From Octopus sinensis (taxonomy: Eukaryota): a stretch of 64,000 nucleotides of DNA. Positions 24,031-35,899 of the stretch are shown here, piece by piece. The translations under genes and the position numbers were made by a program. The notes under the pieces are model-generated. The model had not been told where the DNA came from. It did not search any database and saw nothing but the letters and a program-made list of their open reading frames with translations. The stretch covers positions 136,834,001 through 136,898,000 of the forward strand of contig NC_042998.1 in the NCBI RefSeq assembly GCF_006345805.1, in the 5' to 3' direction. Position 1 is the stretch's first letter. Every line of letters begins with the position of its first letter.

Positions 24031-25946
24031 CTCTAGTTTCAGGTCAGAGCTGCGGCCATGCTGATGCACCGCCGTTTTGTGCTACACTGTTATTACGAAG
24101 AACCTTGTCTAATATGTGGCACTTGGTGAAGAATGGAGTTTGATATAGCTACTCTCATTTGCACCTCTTGCCGTGAAGTAGGTTCATCTGGGACTCTCGA
24201 CAGGAAGATGTCCAGCTTTGATTTAAAAACCGCTACATCTACTTTGTGCAAGTTCCTCAGAGTCATTGGGAAAATATTAAAAAGCTGTGGGTCTTTGAAA
24301 CCCAGGCTGTTGCAGAAGCTGGTCCTGAAGCGTGATGGCATTGCTGGGATCTTCGGCACTATGCAGTGTCGTCCCGTTCTAGCATTGGTGTAGCTTACAA
24401 TGTCAAATTTGGCACAATTCCTTCCAGGATCTTCCAGACATATATTACTGCATACCTCTCCCGTCTTCTCTCCAGGGAGTCGAGTCTTAGCTATTTCAAC
24501 CTTTCCCAGTAGCTGAGCTGTTGCAAAGAGACGATCTTCTTTGTGAATCTTCTCTGGATTGCTTCAAAGTCCGCTGTTAATTTTACACTGGTGGGTGACC
24601 ATAGCTATGAGCAGTAATCCAAGCGGCTGAGGACGAATGTCCGCCAGAGGACCATCATGGTTTCCTTATCTCTGGTTCTGAATGTTCTTAGGATCCACCC
24701 AGTCAGTCGTCTGCACTTTGTCGCCATCCTGGTAATGCGCACTTGGAATGAGGTATCATCACTCATGTCGATACCCAGGTCCCTCACAGACTTAGGCTCT
24801 GGGATTGAAATTCCCTGTGGACCGGTGTATCCTGTAAGTTTAATATTCAGTTTTGGATGCTGGTAGCGCAGGGCCTGGAATTTTTCAGCATTAAACTGCA
24901 TATTATTATCCTCCGCCCATCTGTAGATTGAGTCCAACTCCTGCTGCAAGTGTGCAACATCGCTGGGGTTCTGTATTTTCTGCGAGACTTTCGTATCGTC
25001 TGCATAGCTGGCCAGAGTGGCTATCCGGGCAATTGAGGGTATATCTGAGAAGGCCACTATAAAAAGCAGTGGTCCCAAGACAGTGCCCTGTGGAACACCG
25101 CTCACTATTTGTGTGTTCATAGAGGTGGCTCCATTAACCACTACTGCCTGACTCCTATCTTTCAGGAAGTCATGTAGCCACACTCCAAATTTTCCAGCTA
25201 TGCCGAGGTCACGCAGTTTGTGGCATATCATACCATGATCCACCTTGTCAAAAGCTTTTGCAAAATCAAAGTAGATTACGTCCACATTTGATTTGTTGAG
25301 TAACCTCCTCAACACCATGTCATGATGTTGTAAGAGCTGGGTCAGGCAGCTCCTACCTTGTCGAAAACTATGCTGGGTATCACTCAGCAAGTTATTTTCC
25401 TCAAGGAATGCGATTAGTTTCTTTCTGACTATCCGTTCCATGACTTTGCTGATGTGTGAAGTCAGAGAGATAGGCCTATAGTTTTTGGCATCTGCTCTAC
25501 TTCCCCCTTTATGTATTGGGCATATTATTCCCAGCTTGCTTGGTAGTTTGCCATTCGCAAGAAAGCTCTGGAAGAGAATCTTGAGGGGTTTTGCCAGGGC
25601 ATGCTTACACGCTTTGAGGAGGATGGCTGGGAAACCATCTGGACCAACAGCTGAGTTTGTGTCTACTTCATCAATGGCTAGTAGGACATCTTTTTCGCTA
25701 ATGTCAATACATTCTATTGTAACCTCCTCGCTGGTTATAGGTGAGGCGGCAAAGAAGTCCACTGGTTCGTTCACTTATTTGTGTTCCAACGGGGTGGTAA
25801 AGACACTTTTGAACTGGTCATTCAGCATCTCACTGATCTTAGTTGGACTGTCTGTGAGGAAGCCATCCTTTTGAAGGAGGGGTCCTATCTTGTAGTGCAC
25901 TGCGACTGTTTCTTTCGCGTAATGAAAGAAGGCCTTTGGGTTTGAT
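24031..25946 (-). mobile_element. 5'-truncated CR1/L2-group LINE
   Basis: RT ORF 24605-25774; disrupted continuation in ORF 24093-24359 (FKSKLDIFLSRVPDEP); 3' tail at ~24031-24075. Confidence 0.85.
24605..25774 (-). pseudogene. non-LTR reverse transcriptase fragment (389 aa)
   Basis: NYRPISLTS, QHSFRQGRSC, DFAKAFDKV, GVPQGTVLGP, YADD; flanked by stops, start codon not genuine. Confidence 0.9.
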
Positions 25947-25996
25947 TTAATATTTTTTATAACCCTGGCTTATATATATATATATAATATATATAT

Positions 25997-26067
<71 letters not shown>

Positions 26068-26095
26068 CATACATATATATATATATACATCATAC

Positions 26096-26126
<31 letters not shown>

Positions 26127-26144
26127 CATACGTACATACATACA

Positions 26145-26180
<36 letters not shown>

Positions 26181-26198
26181 TATGTATACATATATATA

Positions 26199-26234
<36 letters not shown>

Positions 26235-26279
26235 TGTGTATACATATATATATACATACATACATATATATAGTTGCAG

Positions 26280-26602
26280 GTGTGGCTGGGTGGTAACTTG
26301 GCATGTGTCTTCTGCTATAGCCTCAGACCAACCAAAGCCTTGTGAGTGGATTTGGTAGTTGGAAACCGAAAGAAACCCATGGTATATATATGTATATATG
26401 TCAGTATATGTGTGTATCTTTGTGTTGTGTTTATCCCTCTTCATTTATAGACAACTGCTTGACAAGTGGTGTTGGTTTACTTACATCACCATAACTTAAT
26501 GGTTTGACAAGATACTGATAGAATACGTACCAGGCTTATCAAAATAAAAAAAAACACTGGGGTCGATTCATTCAACAAAAAATTCTTCAAGGCAGTGTCT
26601 CA
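26280..26602 (+). mobile_element. SINE family A (degenerate)
   Basis: Homology to 3270-3672. Confidence 0.75.
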
Positions 26603-26754
26603 TATTTTTGTTTGCCTACTCAATCGTATCTATCAATCTATCTTTCTTTAAATATACAATATATATACATATATACATACACACATACAAATATACATGT
26701 ATATTTTGTGTGAATATATATATACACACATAGATACATACATGTATATATATA

Positions 26755-28675
26755 TATATGTAAAAGTCAATGTCTTTGTGTGTGTTCGTGTGTTACTTAT
26801 AGACTCGACAACTACTGAAATTTGGAACGATCCTAATGAAATTTGGAATGCAAAACCCAAGCCTATGGAGAAGGATAATGCCGTATGTTTCATATAATTA
26901 TGAGGGGGCATAAAGGGGGGGGGCGGAACCCCCCTTGAAAATTTACACGCTTCGAATTTTGATGAAATTTCAACCATAGGTATTAGAAATAAATTAAAAA
27001 ATATACCCAAAATTTCCATTTCTTTGGATGACTCTAAGACCACCTAATGGAGGCTTAACCCTCCCAAATGTTGGTCATTTTTCATGGACCAATATTACCG
27101 AAGGGATCTTTATGATATTTGGAACTTAGATTCAATGCATAAGGGCAGATATAATGCAGTGTTTTGTTTGAATTTGAAGGGGCTTAAAGGTGGCAGAACT
27201 CCCCATGAAAATTCATAAATTTCCGGTTTTGATGGAATTTCAACCATAGGTAAGTGACACAAATCAAGAAGTATTCCCAAAGTTTCCGCATCTCATGAGC
27301 ATTCTAAGACCCCCTAATGAGAGCCTTAACTCCTAAATTTTAGTCATTTTTTATGATCCAGAACAAGGTCAAAAGTACTGAATGGATATTTATGAAATTT
27401 GGAAATTATATTCTATGCATAAGGACAGATGTAATGCAGTATATGTTTTAAAGTGAGGGAGCGCAAAAGAGGCCATAATCCCCATGAAAATTCATATATT
27501 TTTGCTGTTGATGAAATTTTAACCATAAATATTAAACACAAATGAAGTAATATTCCTAAAATTTCAACTTCTTGGGAGTTAGTAAAACCCTCTTAATGGG
27601 GGCTTGACCTCTGCAATTTAGTCATTTTTCCTAAACCAAGACGAATACGCCCGAGTCACCCGAGGATACAAGTTGAGAGTTATTTGTAATTCAATAATAC
27701 AACAGTGTAAGAGTATGCTTTGAGAAATACTTAGATTGTGATTTCTGCAATGTGATTCATAAATTGTCGAGTAAAGGAGAGGCATATTTGCCTCCACTGA
27801 TTCAGTTGCAAAGTGATTTTTGAGTAAAGTTATTTGGTTGTAGACTTCTTCTGAGTCTTTTTATTATCACTGGGTCAGAGATAGTCCCCAGATGGTAACA
27901 TTGATTTTAAGGCCTTTCCAGATAAGTGACTGGTCATTCCAAGACATTTATAGATTGCAAATCTATTCTGTTCAGTTACCTATCGGCATAGTGATCAGTG
28001 GCAAACTCCAGAAGTGACTCTTTCATTTCTCCTTAGCCCTCACGTCACACAGTTTTTAATGTTTATTTGAGTTGGGTCATGCCCTTCCAATTGCTATAGA
28101 TCCGTAATGCATCTTATGGCTGTGCCGGTTACCTGTATGGTTAGGAATCCTACATTAGGAAGTGGTAACGACTAGGTGGAGTAGCTGAATACTTATTGTG
28201 ATCATTCATCTTTTGGTTTCCTCTAGCTTTGCCCTCTTTTACAAACCCAGTGAACATTCATATATTTCCGATTTCAAAGAAATTTGAACAATAAATATGA
28301 CACATGTTAAAAAAGATCCCCAACAATTCACCTTCTCTGCTTTACTTTAAGACCACACCTAATGGTGACCTTAACTCCCACATTCTAGTGCTCCTTGTAC
28401 TCCATGCGCTCCATTTTTCAGGAGCAAAACCTTTGAATACATTTTATTAGATTTGGATTTAGGAATCTGGGCATAAAGACGAGTATTATGGGATAGATAT
28501 GGCATGATTAAAATATTTGTTTGGGTGTGTAAAGAGAGAAAGAACCTTCATTAAAATTCTTAATCTCCAATTTTGCTGAAATTCGAATTATAGGTATTCC
28601 AGTTCATTAGAGATAATGTAAAGGTGTAATTCTTCAATACCATTTGACACTGGCAACGCCGGGTATCTCTGCTCG
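26755..28675 (+). mobile_element. non-autonomous Helitron with three diverged ~270-290-bp internal subrepeats
   Basis: 3' end taattcttcaat..ggcaacgccgggtatctctgCTCG|T matches the Helitron end at 42409-42455. Repeated gaaatttggaa..ttttgatgaaatttcaaccatagg blocks at 26.8-27.64 kb. Confidence 0.65.
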
Positions 28676-29419
28676 TATATATATATATATATATTTGTGT
28701 GTATATGTGTGTGCGTATGCATATATATACATACACATATATATATATGGTAGTGTTTGTGGGGGGGGGGGAGTCTGCATGCGTGTGCTGTTTCTTTGAG
28801 CGTACGTGTGTATGTAGTTTGTATATGTGTAAATACATATTAAATCATTTTATGTATAAAGTAATATATTATTATATGTGTGTATTTTAAAGAGAGATTA
28901 CTATATTTAGCCAATAGTTTCTTCACGCATTCATGTTTATTAACGATTATATAACCACGAAAGTAACTTTTATTGAATATATTTTATTTTACCTCTTTGT
29001 GTACTAACTAAGCGTTAATTACCTCCCATTTATCAATTATCGTTAATTATAACCATATTCCAATTAGTGACAGAATTACTTTGATTTTGCATATTTTCAT
29101 GTTATTTTAAGTCAAGCATATATCTGAAGTTTGTTCACACTGTGCAGTTTCAACACTTTTTCATCAATGTATAATTCCTTCGTAACAGAAGTTTAGAGAC
29201 AACAGCAATTCAGTAACGCGGGCTTGTCATCTATGAGGTCACGAAAGAATTCTGACAAACCAGCTATTTGATTGATGGATTAATCAAACAATTAGTTAAT
29301 TGGCTAATTGGTTGAGTAGTTGTCTAATAATAAACAAGGGAAGCGAAACAGAGACCGTGCTTACGTTTCTTTTGTAGAATACTCTATTCGCAATATGAGG
29401 GTTACATACCACTCTCCTA

Positions 29420-30005
29420 TAAGTTGTGAAACTTGGACTTGTATCGTCGCGACATCAAAATCTCGAACGCTTTCATCAACTGAAACTTCGCTCTCTCTTG
29501 AACATCAAGTGATTTAACTATTTCTCCAGTATCTCCATGACGGAAAGAGCGCCTAGTGAGAGCATCGAATCCCTAATCACCGAGGATCGTCCTCGTTAAG
29601 CTGGCCACGTCACCAGGATGATCGATGAAAGTCATCCTCGTCAAATCTTCAGCGAACTGACAACCGGGAAATGACAAAGAAGTGTCGCTCCTCGACACTA
29701 CAAAGATCAGCTAATGTCAACGTTAAAGCTAACCAGATTCGACCTCTTAGCTGACAAAACATAAACAATAACACAATTTTGTTTCATAGAGAAAGAATAA
29801 AAAATGAGGAAAAGAGATAACGGCAATGGAAGGGTAGAGGGTAGCAGCCATGACCGACTCCGACATTTACATGTGACCATTGCAATCGTGTGTTCTTCAC
29901 GAGAATTAGCCTCGTTAGCCACATTCGCCACCGGCATTAATTGTCCAAATATTCGTCCATGAGGAAAAATCAATCCTCGGATTTGAGGGACTAGCCGACG
30001 ACAAC
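29420..30005 (+). mobile_element. RTE-clade LINE 3' fragment
   Basis: AGHVTRMIDESHPRQIFSELTTGK..HYKDQL and CNRVFFTRISL-like C-terminal remnants. Confidence 0.6.
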
Positions 30006-30499
30006 CCCTAAAAGTCTAGGTAAGTTTTCCATGTAATCACGTCTGCATGTGCATGTATGTATATGTGTGTTTGAATATGTGTACGTGTGTGTATGTGTGT
30101 GTATGTGTGTTTGTTCTTCTCTATTAATATGTCTACGACTGTTCTGGGCATCTGTCCTTCTTTACAAGCTGTCACATCCCCCACACCTTTTCCTCTTGTA
30201 ACGTTTCTCTATTAACAGCGACCTTCACCACTTTGCTCTCATTACACCACCTAACACCAACACTCCCACCTCTATCGTTGCTATCTCCTAACTTAGTGTC
30301 ACCAAATATTCTTCAATGAGCATTCAGAGACTACCACCTATAAATACTTTCCCTACCAAACTGTATACATTCCCACCTTTTCCACCACACCAGCCGTTGG
30401 TGTATCCCTCTAGTCTTTACTCATTATCAATACACATACAAACACACATTCACACACACTCACACACACACTCACACAAGCAAATATACGCATACATAT

Positions 30500-31305
30500 A
30501 TTGGCTGTGTAGTAAGTAGCTTGCTTACCAACCACCTGGTTCCGGGTTCAGTTCCACTGCGTGGTACATTGAGCAAATGTTTTCTGCTATAGCCTCGCGT
30601 CGACCAAAGCCTTGTGAGTAGATTTGGTAGACGAAAACTGAAAGAAGCCCGCCCTTTATATATATAATATGTATATGCATATATATATATATACGTACAT
30701 ATATACACATACTTACATATATATGTATATACATATGCATATATGTGTACAAGACATCATAGAACGTAAACATGAAATACGAAAACGTGGAATACGAACT
30801 TTTTTGCGAACAACGAAATAAATAAATGGAAAACAAGACAAGTAACATTAAGGGCGACCCTTCATCAGTTGTTATCTGTTTATCTACTCCGCATTTCGAG
30901 CAGTTACAAGATGCGCCTTCGTCAAAACAGTTGGTCCCGCATAGCAAATTAAATATAATTTGGGATTTGCGGAGGGTCAAAGTTGGTATTAAAAAGAGGA
31001 GAGTGAAAACAAACAGCAAGGGCTGCTGAGCCATAACGAGGGGAGGTGGCGAATGCTGTGTGTGTGTGTGTGTGTGACTGTCTGTCTGTCTATGTCTATC
31101 TGTGTGTGCATTTGTCCCCCCAGCATGGCTTGGCAACCAATGTTGGTGTGTTTATGTTCTCGTAACTTAGCGGTTCGGCATAAGAGGCCGATAGAATAAG
31201 TACTAGGATTATAAAGAATAAGTCCTGGGGTCGATTTGTTCGACTAAATGTGGTACTCCAGCATGGCCGCAGTCAAATGACTGAAGCAAATAAAAGAATA
31301 AAAGA
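30500..31305 (+). mobile_element. SINE family A interrupted by a dispersed repeat at ~30750-31050
   Basis: Head at 30502-30652; body and tail at 31090-31305. Confidence 0.8.
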
Positions 31306-31929
31306 ATACGCACAAACAAGCAAATATACGCATACACACGAAAATATAGAATTCAGCTTGAAATATGGAAAAACAGTTTTCTTCCAGCGATATTTGTTCT
31401 ATATTGAGTTACACATACTTCCCTACCATACTTAAGTCAGCAATACAGTGAACCAGTAATTACCCACAAGAGTAACCTATAACCTATGACATTTTCTTTT
31501 ATTAAACTGCGGTGAAAAATACCAGCATATCAACAACTTTTCTTGACTAATAAAAAAGTGTTAGATAAATGTCTTCATTATACGTTTTGTAATTTCAGCT
31601 GTTTTGTGACACTAAAACAAGGTAAATATATCGGACAAACTACTTAGCGAAATATCTTCCAGCTCTTCACATTCCAACTTGAAATCTTACCGAGATTCGG
31701 TTTTACTTTTCACCACTTCATCTTTACAGTGTCGATAAAATAAGATACCAACCGAGTACTGGATTCGATGTAATCGACTTGTTCACCTTCAAAGTAGCTG
31801 GCGTTGAACCCTGCAACGGTCCGGCATTCCTCTCAGTGGGGTATGTTGTGATTTCGGTCACTTACACGCACGGAAACCGGATAACCTGCCTTACGAATCC
31901 TAGGTCTCGAAAAATAATAACAATATTTT

Positions 31930-32195
31930 AGAGAGAAGGAAACCAGGAAAGAGAGGAGAGAGAGAGGTGGGTAGAGAGAGGGTGGAAGAGAGAAAGAGAA
32001 AGACAGAGACAGGGAGAGACAGAGAAAGAAAGTGAAAGAGAGAGGGAGAGAGAGGGAAAGAGAGAGTGAGAGAAAGAGAGAGGGAGAGAGGGGGAAATAG
32101 AGAGTGAGAGAAAGAGAGTAAAAGAGAGATAGACAGAGAGAGTGAGTGAAAGAGAGAGAGAGACAGATAGATAGATAGAGAGAGAGAGAGAGTAA
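31930..32195. repeat. degenerate (GA)n tract
   Basis: Directly visible. Confidence 0.9.
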
Positions 32196-32676
32196 GAGGG
32201 ATCAGTTGTGATTGTTTAACCAGAGATGAAACTTGGTTGAGCATATCTCTGGTTGAAGGGGTTTCAATTGCGGTCATACAGGGTTTTTTTACATCATAGG
32301 TTGCATTATTTATTGTGTCCTTCTTTTGTTAGACAGTGGCGTGTGATATGAAGATGTCAGCGTCATTTCTAGGACTTCCAGTGATCACATAAAGGTTACT
32401 TTATTTTCAGGAATATATTTTCGTAAATGAGTGCTGTAAGACAGATATCATTCTGGGGAGAAAACTACTTCACTGCCCTTTTAAAAAATTGTGCTTACTT
32501 GTGTATGGGAACGATTCAATATTTATCTTCTATAATATAATGAGTGAAGAACTGTGAGACTGTGTCCAGTTTATTTTGCCTTACGTTATTAAAAGTCATA
32601 TTACTTTGAAGAAATTGTAAATAAATATTAAAAAATTTTTAAACTGTGAAGTTTATTTGTACATCAAACAAATTAT

Positions 32677-33699
32677 TGTAGAACGACCGTGCGAACGGAG
32701 ATGGTGACGAATGAATGACTCCTTTAAACACTCTACGGTCGCCTTACAATAAAATCTAAAATATGGATAAATGAATAAGTGCCAAAAGGAATAAGAGAAA
32801 AGATTACACAACCGTATAATTTAAGAGAAAGGTTTTATTAGATGTTAGCAGATGGTAGCAAAGTGTTTGTCTGTGTGTTCGTGTCATAAGTACGTATAAG
32901 AGAACAATAAGACAGGCCGTCAATGCATACAATAATGTGTAAGTGCGTACAAACAAGATGTATGCGTGTGAGATAAAATACAGAGCATAGACATGAGTCT
33001 ATCAGGGCTCTAGAAGTAGATCAGACACAAGGTAAAGATAAATACCAGTTAGTAGTAAGATACACAATAGTTAGTTCTGTAACAATGAGGTTGAGGCAAA
33101 AGTGGAGAGCCGGTTACTCTGCGTGTAGAGGCTGTAGCTGCTATCCTGTGCCGGGTTACATGGTACAGAAGGAACTCGCAGGTAGACTGAGCTGTTAACC
33201 TTGGTGAGTATTCACAAACATCGTGAAATTTAACCTGGGCGATGTTGCTGTGTACGTATTGATGAAGACGACGGTGGTGGAGGTAACGGTGGTGAAGGCG
33301 ACGGTGGAGAAAGGTCCTGAAATGCTGCTGGTGCTGATGTCGCGGTCGCTGGAACTGGCTGAGTCGCTGGAACATGGTTGAGTGCTTTGTGATCAGAGGT
33401 TAGTCCTAAGAAGGACTAGAACCAAAGACGAATTACGGTTTGTTGATCTAGCTTTTAAAGAGATTAGTGGACTCCAGAAGAGAACTTAGAAGACTGTCAC
33501 GGGACCTTATCAGAAGGCTGCGATTGGTTGGTTTACACATTGGCGCGAAATTAAGCAAGAGTTAAACTGCACCAAAACCAACCAATCAGAGCAGCGGATA
33601 CAACTGGGCCCAAACAGCCGGTGGCGGGCTGTTATACGCCACGTCCGCATTTGTATTATATCTCTCAAAGAGAGATAATGTATTTCACTAAGCGTTACA
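32677..33699 (-). mobile_element. solo LTR (about 1023 bp)
   Basis: TGTA...TACA termini with a 4-bp TSD TTAT (32673-32676 and 33700-33703). CCAAT boxes at 33523-33527 and 33582-33586; minus-strand TTTAAAA at 33453-33459 and AATAAA at 32834-32839, in U3-R-U5 order. Confidence 0.7.
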
Positions 33700-34330
33700 T
33701 TATAATGCTTAATATTACAACATTCGCTTCTGTTTTAAATGTAAACTTCCGTTTGAATTCAATATGTAAACAAATAGCTTTTTCTTCGCGTTCGTAAAAA
33801 ATGTAATAAAGTGAAAAAAAATACAAAAAAGAATTGAGCAAATTATTTTTAACCATATTACATAATGCAAAAACCAATGATTCCTATCTATAGAATTAAG
33901 TTTTCGAATTGTGTTAGACTGCAGTCATGTTGGGGTACCACCATGAAATTATTTAGTCAATAATATCATCTCCATTACTTATTTTATCGATCTCAGTTGC
34001 AGCACATAAGCGCAAACACACTTACGTAAACAAACGTAAACAGAGGGTAATTTTTTTTTATATTTTGCTGCTCATAGATCATGTTGGGGTACCAAGTTGA
34101 AATTATTTAGTTAATAATATCATCCCCATTAGTTATTCTTCCAGCCTGTTACTTATTTTATCGATGTAAGTTGCAGGACATAAACACAAACACAGATACG
34201 TAAGCAGGATATATTATGTAATTATTAAACTATAAAGGTTATTTCTATATTAGGCATAAATAATATTACTTAATAAAAGATTCGCGTCTGTTTAAAAGTT
34301 TCCATTATTATGACTCTCTCTCTCACTATC

Positions 34331-34401
<71 letters not shown>

Positions 34402-34606
34402 AAGAAGGGTAGTAATATTATTTACTACCAGGTGCCCAGCACAAAAGACGAATTAGTCATAAGACAAAAATATTATTCATATAGAAAAATATTATTCATG
34501 TAGTTATACAATTAAGGGCTCCTAAATTAAGATGCCGAGTGCTGGGAACACAAAAAGGGGATGAATTTATCGAGAGTGAAAATCAAAAACGTTTACCGAT
34601 AACTTT

Positions 34607-34688
34607 AACAACTCGAACCGCGGTTTCTGCTTCTTTCTAGCAAAACACAGAATATGTTTGCTAAGGCTAGCTTCGTCAGCGAGTCGCC
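34607..34688 (-). ncRNA. type I hammerhead ribozyme
   Basis: GGCGACUCG-CUGACGA-[AGCU..UAGCAAACAUA UUC UGUGUUUUGCUA..AGCA]-GAAA-CCGCGG-UU-CGAGUUGUU. Confidence 0.8.
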
Positions 34689-35338
34689 TAAATTGAATCG
34701 AGGTCTGCAGCGATGTGGGACCATGTGTTGATCTCGACTACTAGCAGATCTTAACTTTTCAAATCTCTGCGCAGACGCAAAACTTACACGGCAGTATAGG
34801 GCATGCCGGGAAGAATTTTACGAATAAATCCATCATGTAATATGCGAATATAAACAAGAAGGGTAGTAATATTATTTACTACCAGGTGCCCAGCACAAAA
34901 GACGAATTAGTCATAAGACAAAAATATTATTCATATAGAAAAATATTATTCATGTAGTTATACAATTAAGGGCTCCTAAAACGTTTTTGATTTTCACTCT
35001 CGATAAATTCATCCCCTTTTTGTGTTCCCAGCACTCGGCATCTTAATTTAGGAGCCCTTAATTGTATAACTACATGAATAATATTTTTCTATATGAATAA
35101 TATTTTTGTCTTATGACTAATTCGTCTTTTGTGCTGGGCACCTGGTAGTAAATAATATTACTACCCTTCTTGTTTATATTCGCATATTACATGATGGATT
35201 TATTCGTAAAATTCTTCCCGGCATGCCCTATACTGCCGTGTAAGTTTTGCGTCTGCGCAGAGATTTGAAAAGTTAAGATCTGCTAGTAGTCGAGATCAAC
35301 ACATGGTCCCACATCGCTGCAGACCTCGATTCAATTTA

Positions 35339-35420
35339 GGCGACTCGCTGACGAAGCTAGCCTTAGCAAACATATTCTGTGTTTTGCTAGAAAGAAGCAG
35401 AAACCGCGGTTCGAGTTGTT
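35339..35420 (+). ncRNA. type I hammerhead ribozyme (inverted arm of family 4)
   Basis: Reverse complement of 34607-34688. Confidence 0.8.
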
Positions 35421-35514
35421 AAAGTTATCGGTAAACGTTTTTGATTTTCACTCTCGATAAATTCATCCCCTTTTTGTGTTCCCAGCACTCGGCATCTTAA
35501 TTTAGGAGCCCTTA

Positions 35515-35583
<69 letters not shown>

Positions 35584-35593
35584 TTATAGAAGG

Positions 35594-35644
35594 AGCTTCT
35601 ACAGGACTAGAACTGTTTCATTCAGATGAAATCATCAGGAAGCT
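35594..35644 (-). ncRNA. type I hammerhead ribozyme
   Basis: AGCUUC-CUGAUGA-UUUCAUCUGAAU-GAAA-CAG uucuaguc CUG-UA-GAAGCU. Confidence 0.85.
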
Positions 35645-35681
35645 GGCTGTCAAAAAAAACTTGTTTTTTTTTTTGACAGCC

Positions 35682-35732
35682 AGCTTCCTGAAGATTTCAT
35701 CTGAATGAAACAGTTCTAGTCCTGTAGAAGCT
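35682..35732 (+). ncRNA. type I hammerhead ribozyme
   Basis: agcttc ctgaaga tttcatctgaat gaaa cag ttctagtc ctg ta gaagct. Confidence 0.85.
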
Positions 35733-35814
35733 CCTTCTATAAAATAAATTACTTTACTCTGCTATTTATTGAGTACCTTATTTACTGTGGTTAATCCCGA
35801 CTCAACCCGGGACC

Positions 35815-35898
<84 letters not shown>

Positions 35899-35899
35899 G

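Larger units (their letters stand above)
34398..35520. mobile_element. hammerhead-bearing element family 4 (~454-bp unit x1.3 plus inverted 1.2 units) in (TA)n
   Basis: Unit restarts at 34852; inversion junction at ~34980; (TA)n on both sides. Confidence 0.9.
35579..35818. mobile_element. mini foldback element family 5 in (TA)n, almost entirely two back-to-back hammerheads
   Basis: Arms 35579-35659 and 35667-35747; (TA)n on both sides. Confidence 0.85.
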
